Assembly (NCBI GenBank): GCA_001275005.1
Contig: JWZX01003100.1
Location: 1 to 58,520, forward strand
DNA from: Chrysochromulina tobinii
Taxonomy: Eukaryota
DNA: 58,520 bases
Direction of reading: 5' to 3'
Shown here: positions 21,349 to 30,930 of the stretch, piece by piece
Position numbering within the stretch: position 1 is the first letter of the stretch
Layout of the letters: each line of letters opens with the position of its first letter
Translations under genes and position numbers: made by a program
Notes under the pieces: model-generated
The model's input: the letters and a program-made list of their open reading frames with translations, nothing else
What the model was told of the DNA's origin: nothing
Database searches by the model: none

Positions 21349-23496
21349 TCAAGACTCACACGGGCAGTAAACTTGCTGCAACACCGCGTCCACCGCACCA
21401 ACGAGCGCCTCGTCGCCGTGGAGCCACTCGCATCTAACCAGGTGCGTCGGCCCGGCGCTCGTCATGGCGCTCGATGCCGCGCCGGTGAGCCTCAGCGAGC
21501 GCAGCTGTATGCTTGGTGGTGTCTCCAATGGGTGCCATTGCAGCTCAGCCGCTTGGCACGGGAGGCTTCCTATGTGCTCGCACAGGAGCTCGTGTACCGT
21601 ATTTAGAGGGCAAGAGAGGCGCAGCTCGAGGCGAAAGCGCATTCGGTGCGGTTGCAGCCCAGTCACAGTATGCAACTCGTCCTGCGAGACGAGCTGCAGC
21701 TGAGGTGGCCTTGAAGCCGAGGGTGAGCGATCCAATGGCTGGGGCACCGCCGCAGCGGCTGAGCTCACAGGCAGCACAAGAATGCCCCTCACACGCTTAT
21801 CAGTGTGAGGGAGGGGCATGGCGCTGAAAGACATGGCGCTGAGAGGCATGGCGCTGGGGAGTGTGGCAACCTCTCGTGTGGCCTCTCTCGTGGCCAAGCC
21901 CCTCTCAGAGTTCGCATGCGCTGGTCGCCGGCTGTTGGGCCTGCCGTCGAGATCGGCCATCAACGTCGTCGAGGGTGCGCCGGCCCGCTTCCGTGTACGC
22001 TGGCCTGCAATCCCAACAGCACCTACAGTGTCGCTCACCGCGCCGGCCGCCACGCTGGCATCTGGCTCAGCTCGCGCAAGGAGCCGCGAGGATATGTGCA
22101 CGGCGATGCGCTGCTCCGCAGGCAGCCGGAGGCACTCACCATTCTGAGGGTCGTGGCACGGCACTCCAAAGAGCTTTGCGACCCGAACCTTCAAGTACGC
22201 CATCTTCGCCTGCTCTCCGTGAACCAGCACCACGGCCGCTGGCTGCAGTGTGCTAATGAGCCCTAGGATGCCCTTGGCATCAGCGTGCGCCGAAAAGGAG
22301 ATCTGCTTGACGGTGCACGCGACGGTCAGGCGGCGCGTCGAGGGCTCCTCGCCGGCCGGCGCGTCCACGACCACCTCCTTGGCGCCATGGAGCAGCGTGT
22401 GCCCGAGGGTGCCGCGCACACAAAAAGTAGGGAAGAGGACGAGGTTCTTCGCGTCTCCCGCCCAGTGTCGAAACGCTTCTAGTGCCATGCCGGCGGTCAT
22501 CATGCCCGAGGTGGCGAAGAGGACGCACGGCCCGGGCGCCGACAGAAGCGCGCGCTCAAAGGGGCGCACGTGCCGAAATGCGAACGGATTGTACCCGGGC
22601 GCTCGCTCGCTGTCCTTGACACACGTTGACGTCCAGCTGGCGTAGAGCTTGTAGAAGAGAGTCGCGTGCTGTGCCATGCCAGCGGCGACGTAGATGGGGA
22701 CCGAGAGACCGAGACGGTCCCAGTACATCTCGAGCAGCATGAGCAGCTCCTGCGCGCGCCCGACTGCAAACGAAGGGATGAGCACCTTGCCTCCCACGCC
22801 CACGGCGGTATGCACCAGTTGCAGCAGGTCCGCCTCTCGGCAGCGCTTCGACTCGCGGATAGAGGTCCCGTAGGTGGACTCGGTGATGAGTACGTGCGGC
22901 TGGAGTCGACCGACCTGCGCGGCGCCGAGATGCCGGTCCGCCACCGTGTTGAAGTCGCCCGTGTACATCACACGATGGCCCAGGCACTCTGCGGAGACCA
23001 TCACGGCGCCCACGACGTGCCCGGCGTAGTGGGTGCACAAGCGCAGCTCGTCGTCTACGTGAATCGTCTCGCCGAGCGTGACGAATCTCACCTTGCTCAG
23101 GCATGCGTCCACATCCCTAGCACTGTACGATGGGCCGCCGCCCTTGCGCGCGGATGAGAGCACGTTCAGAGAGTCTTTGAGCAGGATCGCCGCCATCGCT
23201 GCCGTCGGCCGTGTCATGTAGATGGGGCCATCGTAGCCAAGCTTTTCGGTGAGGAAGGGCAAGGCGCCGCAGTGATCGAGGTGGAAGTGCGTGATGACCA
23301 CGCAATCGATCGCGCTGGTGAGCGAGCCCCTGTGCGCACCCAGCTGCTGCCAATCTGGGAAGCAACGGTGGTCATGGTAGCCCATGTGCATGCCGCAGTC
23401 GAACATGACGCGCCGCCCGCCAAGCGTGACCACCACGCAGCTGCGACCTATGTCCTGGCCAGCGCCGAGCACGTGCACCTTGATGCTCGTGCCCAT
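21349..23496 (-). CDS. INTS11: Integrator subunit 11 / CPSF73-II (metallo-beta-lactamase, beta-CASP RNA endonuclease)
   Basis: LGAGQDIGRSC, FDCGMHMGY, THFHLDHCGALP, YAGHVVGA, YTGDFN, DRHLGAA, LITESTYG, GGKVLIPSFAVGRAQEL, SFSAHADAKGI, LVHGE. GQD and GMHMG favour INTS11 over CPSF73. Confidence 0.9.
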   Translation of the reverse strand: MGTSIKVHVLGAGQDIGRSCVVVTLGGRRVMFDCGMHMGYHDHRCFPDWQQLGAHRGSLTSAIDCVVITHFHLDHCGALPFLTEKLGYDGPIYMTRPTAAMAAILLKDSLNVLSSARKGGGPSYSARDVDACLSKVRFVTLGETIHVDDELRLCTHYAGHVVGAVMVSAECLGHRVMYTGDFNTVADRHLGAAQVGRLQPHVLITESTYGTSIRESKRCREADLLQLVHTAVGVGGKVLIPSFAVGRAQELLMLLEMYWDRLGLSVPIYVAAGMAQHATLFYKLYASWTSTCVKDSERAPGYNPFAFRHVRPFERALLSAPGPCVLFATSGMMTAGMALEAFRHWAGDAKNLVLFPTFCVRGTLGHTLLHGAKEVVVDAPAGEEPSTRRLTVACTVKQISFSAHADAKGILGLISTLQPAAVVLVHGEQAKMAYLKVRVAKLFGVPCHDPQNGECLRLPAEQRIAVHISSRLLARAEPDASVAAGAVSDTVGAVGIAGQRTRKRAGAPSTTLMADLDGRPNSRRPAHANSERGLATREATREVATLPSAMPLSAMSFSAMPLPHTDKRVRGILVLPVSSAAAAVPQPLDRSPSASRPPQLQLVSQDELHTVTGLQPHRMRFRLELRLSCPLNTVHELLCEHIGSLPCQAAELQWHPLETPPSIQLRSLRLTGAASSAMTSAGPTHLVRCEWLHGDEALVGAVDAVLQQVYCPCES

Positions 23497-23886
23497 TTTT
23501 CTCCTGGGCGCACAGAGGCGAAGCGAGTTTCGTCGGTGTGCTCGTTTTCGCGAGGCCGCCCCAAACTTGTGATTCGCATCGCTACAGGCCGGACTTCCAA
23601 AGTCGGAGCACGTGAGCCTAGCGGAGACGTCCGAACGCGTCACGTAGTTCACAGTCCGGTGTCGTTTCTGTAACGTACAATTGTACGGTAGGCGTGTTTA
23701 GGATTCAAGCAGGCCCTACTAGTACTATAGACCTTCTTCGTTCCCTCGCCGTGCGCTCCGACCGCACGCGCAACGACGGGAGAGGCCTGGTTTCTGGATA
23801 CATTCAGTATCTTTTGCGGAATTTGCCACACACTCCGACGAAGGCCGCCGACGCCGCCGCCGACGCCGCCGCCGCGGCCGCCGCGA

Positions 23887-25386
23887 ATGTCGATTTCGAC
23901 GCTCATCGCACTTGCCGTGTTCGCAGCCGACACGCTCTACGACCGCCTCGGCCTCGCGCGCTCCGCCGACCATCGCGCGATCAGAAAAGCTTGGCACCTT
24001 CTCGCACTCAAGGAGCACCCAGACAAGGTCAACGGCGATGCAGCAGAAAAGGAGGCGGCAGCAGAGCGCTTCAAGCGTGCGGCCGAGGCGTACGAGGTCC
24101 TCTCAGATGCTGCGCTGCGCGAGCGCTACGATGCCACCGGCGAGATCCCTGACGACAAGGCGAAAGCGGAGGCGTCCGCAAAGAGCGCGGGTGGTGCAGC
24201 TGGCGAGGAGGACGAGTATGGTTTCGACGGCCAGCAGCAGCAGGGCTCTCGTCCGCACCAGCGCTCCTACGGATGGGGCGGGCGCTTCGACCAATTCGAG
24301 GTCAACCTCGCGCAGAGCCGTGCGCGTCGCGTGCGGACCCTCGAGGGCCTGCGCAAGCTGCTGCAGCCGAGCGACGGTGCCCGGCGTTTCGGCCTCATCG
24401 GCTTCTATCGGAGCGGCGACGACGCCATGCTGAAGCGGCAGCTGCGCTTCCCGTACCCGTTCGCCGGCTGGTCGCTCGCGGCCCAGGGCGACGGCTTCTG
24501 GTGGGAGGACGCCATCCAGACAGTGCTCGTGAGCGTGGGCGAATTGGGTGGCAGCCAGGCCGGTGGTCTTCTCTCTCACTTTGGGCTCTCTCATGACGCG
24601 AGGCTGCCGGCGGTCGCGTGGGTACGTCGTGACGAGGCCATGAGCTTTGAGCTCACCTCGCGCCTCTCCTTTGATGATGACTTCGTGAGCTGGGTCTACG
24701 ATCGTCTCGGCGCCACTGTGCGGGTGCTCAATCGCGATCATCGGCCTGCTACGGTGTGGTGGCTAGACGGCACCTCGGCAAAGCAGCAGGGCGTGGTACC
24801 GCCCGGTGGCTCCTTCGAGCGCTCTTCCTTTTTGAGCCACCGCTGGTACTGCTGGCCCGAGTCCACCCAGGGCAGCTTGCTCACTGAGGACGCCTCGCTG
24901 GGCGAGATCACGCTAACCCGTGTAGGGGAGGTGCACGAGCTCGTTCTCGAGCCCAAATGCGTCGACGCCAACGGCCACTGCAAGCAGTGGCGCGATCAGG
25001 GCGAGTGCGAGCGCAACCCGAGCTTCATGAGTGATGCGTGCCCGCGCTCATGCCGCGGCCCACGCTCGTGCAAGGTGTGGGGTTGGCTCTACCAGGCCGG
25101 CCTCGGCCCATTGCACAAGGAGCTCGCGTGCTGGGCGGACGCCAGCTGCGCGCTAGAGAGCCAGCTGCCGAGTGGAGGGCACGCGATGAGCGACCCGAGC
25201 GAGCTTAGAAGGCTCCCTCAGCTCGCCGCCAACTGGCTGCGAGGCGTGGCCGCGCAGATGCGAGACGGAGCGCTCTTGCAGACGGTCGAGCGACTGCTTT
25301 CGGGTGCCCCACCGCCCGTACCGCTGCCCACGAGGAAGGTGCCCTCGCCGCCGCCGCCGCCGCTGCCGCCGCGTGATGAGCTGTGA
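23887..25386 (+). CDS. ER-luminal DnaJ protein with VHL-beta-like segment and ShKT domain, C-terminal RDEL
   Basis: Signal peptide, J domain with HPD and AYEVLSD...R..YD, ShKT CVDANGHCKQWRDQGECERNPSFMSDACPRSC, ends RDEL. Divergent from INTS11 across about 390 bp. Confidence 0.88.
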   Translation: MSISTLIALAVFAADTLYDRLGLARSADHRAIRKAWHLLALKEHPDKVNGDAAEKEAAAERFKRAAEAYEVLSDAALRERYDATGEIPDDKAKAEASAKSAGGAAGEEDEYGFDGQQQQGSRPHQRSYGWGGRFDQFEVNLAQSRARRVRTLEGLRKLLQPSDGARRFGLIGFYRSGDDAMLKRQLRFPYPFAGWSLAAQGDGFWWEDAIQTVLVSVGELGGSQAGGLLSHFGLSHDARLPAVAWVRRDEAMSFELTSRLSFDDDFVSWVYDRLGATVRVLNRDHRPATVWWLDGTSAKQQGVVPPGGSFERSSFLSHRWYCWPESTQGSLLTEDASLGEITLTRVGEVHELVLEPKCVDANGHCKQWRDQGECERNPSFMSDACPRSCRGPRSCKVWGWLYQAGLGPLHKELACWADASCALESQLPSGGHAMSDPSELRRLPQLAANWLRGVAAQMRDGALLQTVERLLSGAPPPVPLPTRKVPSPPPPPLPPRDEL

Positions 25387-25584
25387 GAAGATGGGAGTGT
25401 GCGCTCCTAAGTAAGTAAGTAAGTAAAACATGCCAGCACGGGCAGCGCACACACACTCCTAATGGGTACCGGGACGGCGCCCCAAACCACTTTCGATGAA
25501 ACCAAATCCCCTAGGTCGCCTTTGTCTTAGGAGCGAACCCCAAAGGGGAGATCGCGGAGAAATTCCATACATTTATTCACACTC

Positions 25585-25640
25585 GCGGGCAGTAACAGTG
25601 CCGTCGCACCGGCTGTCGCGTCTGTCGTGTTTACGTTCAC
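25585..25640 (+). repeat. ~60-bp dispersed element copy B, 32 nt upstream of the FHA-SNF2 ATG
   Basis: GCGGGCAGTAACAGTGCCGTCGCACCGGCTGTCGCGTCTGTCGTGTTTACGTTCAC. Confidence 0.9.
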
Positions 25641-25672
25641 TCATCACGGCGCTTGGCATCGGCGATTTCCTT

Positions 25673-28600
25673 ATGAGGTGCAGACTCGTCCCGTCGCTCG
25701 GCGGCCATGAGACCGTCATACTCGCACCCTCTGAGGACGTCATCATCGGCCGCAGCGTTCGCCCGGTGGATTGCCGGTCGACCTTCTACGCGAGGATCGA
25801 CAATCCCAAGGTCTCGAAGCAGCATGCGCACATCGCCCTCTCTGTGGATGGCACCGTGCTCACGCTCACGGACAAATCTACCAACGGCACCTTCATCGAC
25901 GGCGCGAAGGCGCCTCCTGGGAACCCGATTCAGCTAGTGAGCGGCTCCGTGCTCTCCTTCACGGCCAATAAGCTCCTTCACGCCATGCTGCCATCCTTCA
26001 GTGTCATGCTCGACCGCCAGGAGGCTGCGCCAGTGTCAGCGTCTGCGTCGACGCCGGCAGTGGAAGTGGCAGCGGAAGTGGAGGCATCGGCGTCAGAGCC
26101 GGCGTTCACCGAGCAATCGGCGTCGGCGCACGCGTCGGCGCACGCGTCGGCGTCGGCGCACGCGTCGGCGCCGGCGCCCGAGCCCGCAGCCCGCAAGCAG
26201 AACGTATGGAGTGTCTTCGACGACGACGAGGATGATAAGCCGTCGCCCTCACCGCCGCCACAGCCGCCGACTGCTGCCTCGAGCGGTGCCGGCGTACCAG
26301 TGCCGGCTGCGGAGGCGCCGCCTGGCGATGCGGGTGGAGCGGAGAGCGATGCGGGTGGCTCCGAAAGCGACGTCTCTCTCGCATACGATGATGGGCAGCA
26401 GGAGGCGGCGGCGGAGGCCGAGGAGGCGGCGGCGGCGGAGGGTGCATCAGGTGAGCCACCACACCCACCAGGCTCCCCTGCGAACCGCGCCGATTTCGAC
26501 AGCGAGCCACCGAGTCCGGTGCTCGACATCGCGTCCGAGTGCTACGACCTAACGGCGGACTCACCGGTCGCCGACCGGCGCGCCGACGCGTCCGCTGGGC
26601 GCCTGCTCCTCCTCGGCGGCGTCGGCCGCGATTCGGCCAGCGGCATGCTTCATCGTGCCGCCTCCGCTGCCCGCTCGTAACGAGGAGGACGCCTTTCTCG
26701 AAGCGGCTGCCGCATGTGAGCAGCCGGCAGCGCGCCGCGGCGGCGGCAGAGGCGGTCAAGGCCAAAGCAACCCTAGAGGCCGCCGCAGAGGCGGCGGAGG
26801 CGGCGGAGTTGCGCGCGCGCTTCGGCCCACCACGTGCCCCGCCGCGCCCCACTGCACCCCTCCCGGTCGTCGCCTCTGCGTCCGGCGCGCAGCAGCAGCA
26901 GCCGCAACAGCAGCAGCAGCAGCCATGTTTGGGCGATGATGTGCAACGAGCCCCGAGGCACAAGCCCACGGCCATGCCAGCCGGGGACCCGACCCTCGAC
27001 GCCATGCTCGCCAACCGTCGCGGGCGCAGCGCTCTCGGAGCGGGGGCCGGTGGCGCCCTCGCTCCCTCTGCGAGCATGCCCGACGATGATGAAGCGCATT
27101 CGGCGCCGGACGTCAAGCGCCGTCGTGGGCGGTTCACCTGAGGTGATCGACCTCGACTCGATCTCGCCGATGAAAGCCGATGACGCGTCGTCACTCATCG
27201 GCAGCTTTGCCTATTCGGGTGCACATACCGCAGGCCCCTCCTCATCCGCCGCCGCCGCCGCCGCGCCTGAGCCCATCGAGTGGTTGACGAAGCGCCGAAA
27301 TCAAACCGAAGAGGAGCGCGCGGCGATCAGCCGGACGGCTAAGCTGGCGCTTGGTAAGACAAGGAGACGCGCCGGCGGTGGAGGTCGAGGTGGAGGCGGA
27401 GGTGGAGGCGGCGGCACGCGATCAGCGGGCAAGCGGGCGGGCGGGCGCGGCGGCAGCAGCGGGCGCGGCGGCGCGGCAGCTCGGAAGCGTCGACGTTCCG
27501 TTTGGGACAGCGAGGACGAGGAGGAGGAGGAGGAGGAGGAGGAGGCGGAGGAGAGTGATGAGAGCTGGAACAGCGAGGCGGAGGCGGCGGCAGAGGCAGC
27601 CGAGGCGGCCGAGATCGAGGACGAGATCGAGGACGACGAGATCGAGGTCAGCGAGATTGAGGTGTGGGGAGCTCGTGAGGCGTCTCGAGCCGTGCCCAAC
27701 ACGGCGGCGGCAGGTGCGGCAGCAGCTGGGCGGGGAGGCCGCCGACTCATCAAGACTGCGGATGTGCGCAAGGGGCGGGTGGCGACTGGCAGGGCACAGG
27801 CGGCGCCCAGCGGTGCCAATCCGAGAAGTAACGGTCGAAGTAACGGTCGAAGTAACGGTCGTCGGAAGGAGAGAGCGATCGTCATTGATAGCGACGAGGA
27901 GGAGGAGAAGGACGAGGACGAGGACGAGGACGACGAGGAGGACGAGGAGGACGAGGAGGGAATGGATGACGGCGACGGCGAGGAGGAGGTCGGCTTCGAG
28001 GACGGTGAGCGTGGCCGCCCGCCCGAGACCGAGGCGGAGGCACGCGCCGTCGTGAGCCGCAGCCTCTCCGCTTGCGAGGCTGAGTCTCGCCGGATTTCGA
28101 GCGCGCTCGCCGCCATTGCCGAGGACGGGGTTGGCGCCCAGGGCGGCGCATTGCATCTCACCAAGGTGGGCGACGGTCAGCCGTTGCGCGTGCAGCCGAC
28201 GAGCCTCGGCGGGAGCGCGCGGATGGTGCTCAAGGAGTATCAGTTGGTGGGTCTGAATTGGCTTTGGCTCATGTGGCGTATGCGCGCGGGCGGCATCCTC
28301 GCTGATGAGATGGGCCTCGGCAAGACCATCCAGGTGATTGCCCTCATCTGCGCCATCAAGGAGGCGCAATCAGCCCAATCTGGCTTCGGCGGGGGGCACG
28401 ACGACGACGCCGATGATGGCGCTCGGGACGGCGCCGACGATGGCGCGCGCCGCTGCCACTTGGTCGTAGCGCCCGCCTCCACGCTCGACAATTGGCTGCG
28501 AGAGTTTGGGTTGTGGGCTCCGTCACTCGTGGTGGCCAAGTATCACGGGTCGCAGGCGCTCCGCACGCAGATGCAGCGAGATCTCGATGACTCGACGTTC

Positions 28601-30482
28601 GACGTGCTCGTACTCCCGTACACGTACTTTGAGGGCGAAGGCGCCGCGTCTCAGTACGACCGTCGATGGCTGCGCCGGCGCCGCTGGGGCCTGGGCGTCT
28701 TTGACGAAGCACACGCCCTCAAGACGTCCGGCTCTGCGCGGTACCATCGCCTCTCGCAACTCACGATCGCTCACCGGCTGCTCCTCAGCGGAACACCCGT
28801 CCAGAACAACCTGCACGAGCTGCTCACACTCCTCTCGTTCATGTTGCCGCGCGCCTTCCCGCCGCGCCTCGCCGACGCCTTCGCAGTGCTCGACAAGGCG
28901 CGGCGCGACCGCTCATCTGCCCAAGGCGGCGCTCGCGGCGGAGGCAGAGGCGGCGGCGGGGGCGGCGGCGGCGGCGGTCGGCAGGCCGCGCGAGACCCAG
29001 ACGCAGTCGCGATCGCCAAGGCGCGTCGGCTGCTCGCCCCCTTCGTGCTACGTCGTCGTAAATCCGAGGTCGTCACCCACCTGCTCACATCGCTGATGAC
29101 CTCTGATGGCCTCTGAGTGCTTCTGAGGACCCCTTGATTGCCTCCCTGTTCAGGTTCTCACCCAATTGGTGCCCAAGCAAGAGAAGGAATGCCTCTTGAC
29201 GATGAGTGCCGCCCAGCAGACCCTTTACATTGAGCGCCTTCGCCTTGCCTCGATCGCCTCGACGGCCCTGCACCCCTCGGCTGCTGCAGCCGGGGCGCCG
29301 AGACGATCGAACCGTGCCGTGCCGTCGCAGACGGCGGCGTCGCACTTTGCGGAATTGCGCAAGGCGGCCAACCACCCCCTCCTGCTGCGCTCGCACTACA
29401 CGGACGCGATGATTGAGCAGATTGCCCGCGCGGCGCATGCCGCCCACGTCTACGGCGAGCAAGCGTCATTAGCTCAAGTGCGCGCCGAGCTGTCGAGTGC
29501 GTCCGACTTCAGGCTGCATACGGTGTGCGCGGAGCTCGCGGAGAGCAGCCAAGTGAGGCTGGGCGGTTTGCAGGGGCTCATGCTGCCCAACGAGGTCATA
29601 GTCGACTCGGCCAAGATGAGGGAGCTTCGCCGGCTCCTGCCCGAGCTCAAGGAAGGCGGCCACCGCTGCCTCATCTTCTCACAGGTGCGCGCCTTCTCCC
29701 CGGATTGCGATGGAGTGCGATGGAGTGCGACCGAGTGCGCTCCCCCCACAGTCACTCGAGATACTCGACCTGCTCGAGCACTTGCTCGGATGACCCTCCT
29801 GATTGCCTCCCTCATCTCCCACAGTCACTCGAGATGCTCGACCTGCTCGAGCACTTGCTCTGATGACCCTCCTGATTGCCTCCCTCATCTCCCACAGTCA
29901 CTCGAGATGCTCGACCTGCTCGAGCACTTGCTCGGCCCGAGTGGGCTCAGGCTCCACTACTGCCGCCTCGATGGCGGCACGCCGGTGGCGGAACGCCAGG
30001 TGAAGATTGATAAGTTCCAGGCGGCCGACTCGAAGATCTTCGCCTTCCTGCTCTCCACCCGCGCAGGCGGCCAGGGCATCAACCTGACCGCCGCCGACAC
30101 GGTCATCCTGCACGACCTCGACTGGAATCCTCAGCTCGACCGGCAAGCCGTCGACCGCGCACATCGGCTCGGCCAGCGGCGTGCAGTCACCGTGTACAAG
30201 CTCGTGACAGCGAGCACTGTGGAGGAATCGATCGTCCAGCTGCAGCACCGAAAGCGCATCCTGGGCAACGCCGTGCTCGATGAGGCGGCCCCCTCGCCCA
30301 CTGGTGGTGGCAGTGCTGCGGCCAACGCGGACGCGGCGCTGGGCGTGGAGAGCGACGATGAGGTACAGCTCTTAGACGACCAGTACGACGCCGAACGCGG
30401 GCGCGACAGCGGCGGGAGCGCCAAGATCAACTCGAGCACGATGAACCTCCTCCTGGTGCACGCTCTCGGCTTGGCCAAGTGA
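25673..30482 (+). CDS. FHA domain + Fun30/SMARCAD1/ETL1-type SNF2 chromatin-remodelling ATPase (about 1500 aa after two introns and three apparent +1 frameshifts)
   Basis: FHA motifs IIGRS, VSKQHA, DKSTNGTFIDG. SNF2 motifs ILADEMGLGKTIQ, FDEAH, LSGTPVQNN, LRKAANHP, LIFSQ, LLSTRAGGQGINLTAADTVILHDLDWNPQLDRQAVDRAHRLGQ. Introns 29069-29153 and 29685-29897. The FHA-ATPase join is inferred. Confidence 0.75.
29069..29153 (+). other. 85-nt phase-0 GT-AG intron
   Basis: Joins RRRKSE|VLTQLVPK in frame. Contains TGATGACCTCTGATGGCCTCTGA and ends TGATTGCCTCCCTGTTCAG. Confidence 0.9.
29685..29897 (+). other. 213-nt in-frame GT-AG intron containing a 73-bp-period triplication of acceptor plus exon start
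   Basis: Removal restores the SNF2 motif LIFSQ|SLEMLDLLEHLL. CCCACAG|TCACTCGAGAT(A/G)CTCGACCTGCTCGAGCACTTGCTC with exon copies starting at 29752, 29825 and 29898. Confidence 0.85.
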
Positions 30483-30930
30483 GACTCGTGTAAACGTACC
30501 GCCTAACCCTACTGTGCACGCACGCATGTTCGTGTTGCATGATTTAGGACTGAAGCACCGTGCAAACGGACTGACCTGACTTACATGTACTGACTTACAT
30601 GGGTCAACAAGAACACTTGACAAAGTAACTCTTCTGTACTCCCGCTCAAGCGAGCGCCATTGACCACGCCAGTGGCATTTTTTGGCGCTCGCTTGGGTGT
30701 GAATGATGTCTCAGCACTGACGTCCTGTGTTGTGAAACAATGGTAAAGAGGAGCGCCTTAGAGTGGGTACTGTGTTGTCGTGTCGTCCTTAGTGACTTGT
30801 GTAAAGTGTCTGCCGCTGCGAAAAGTGAGGCGGCTGCGCGCGCCGCGCGCGCGCGGCCTAACTGTTCACGTTGTCTGAAAGATTCAAGTTTTTCTCAAGA
30901 TCGAATCTCTCAAAACACGAAACCACAAAC

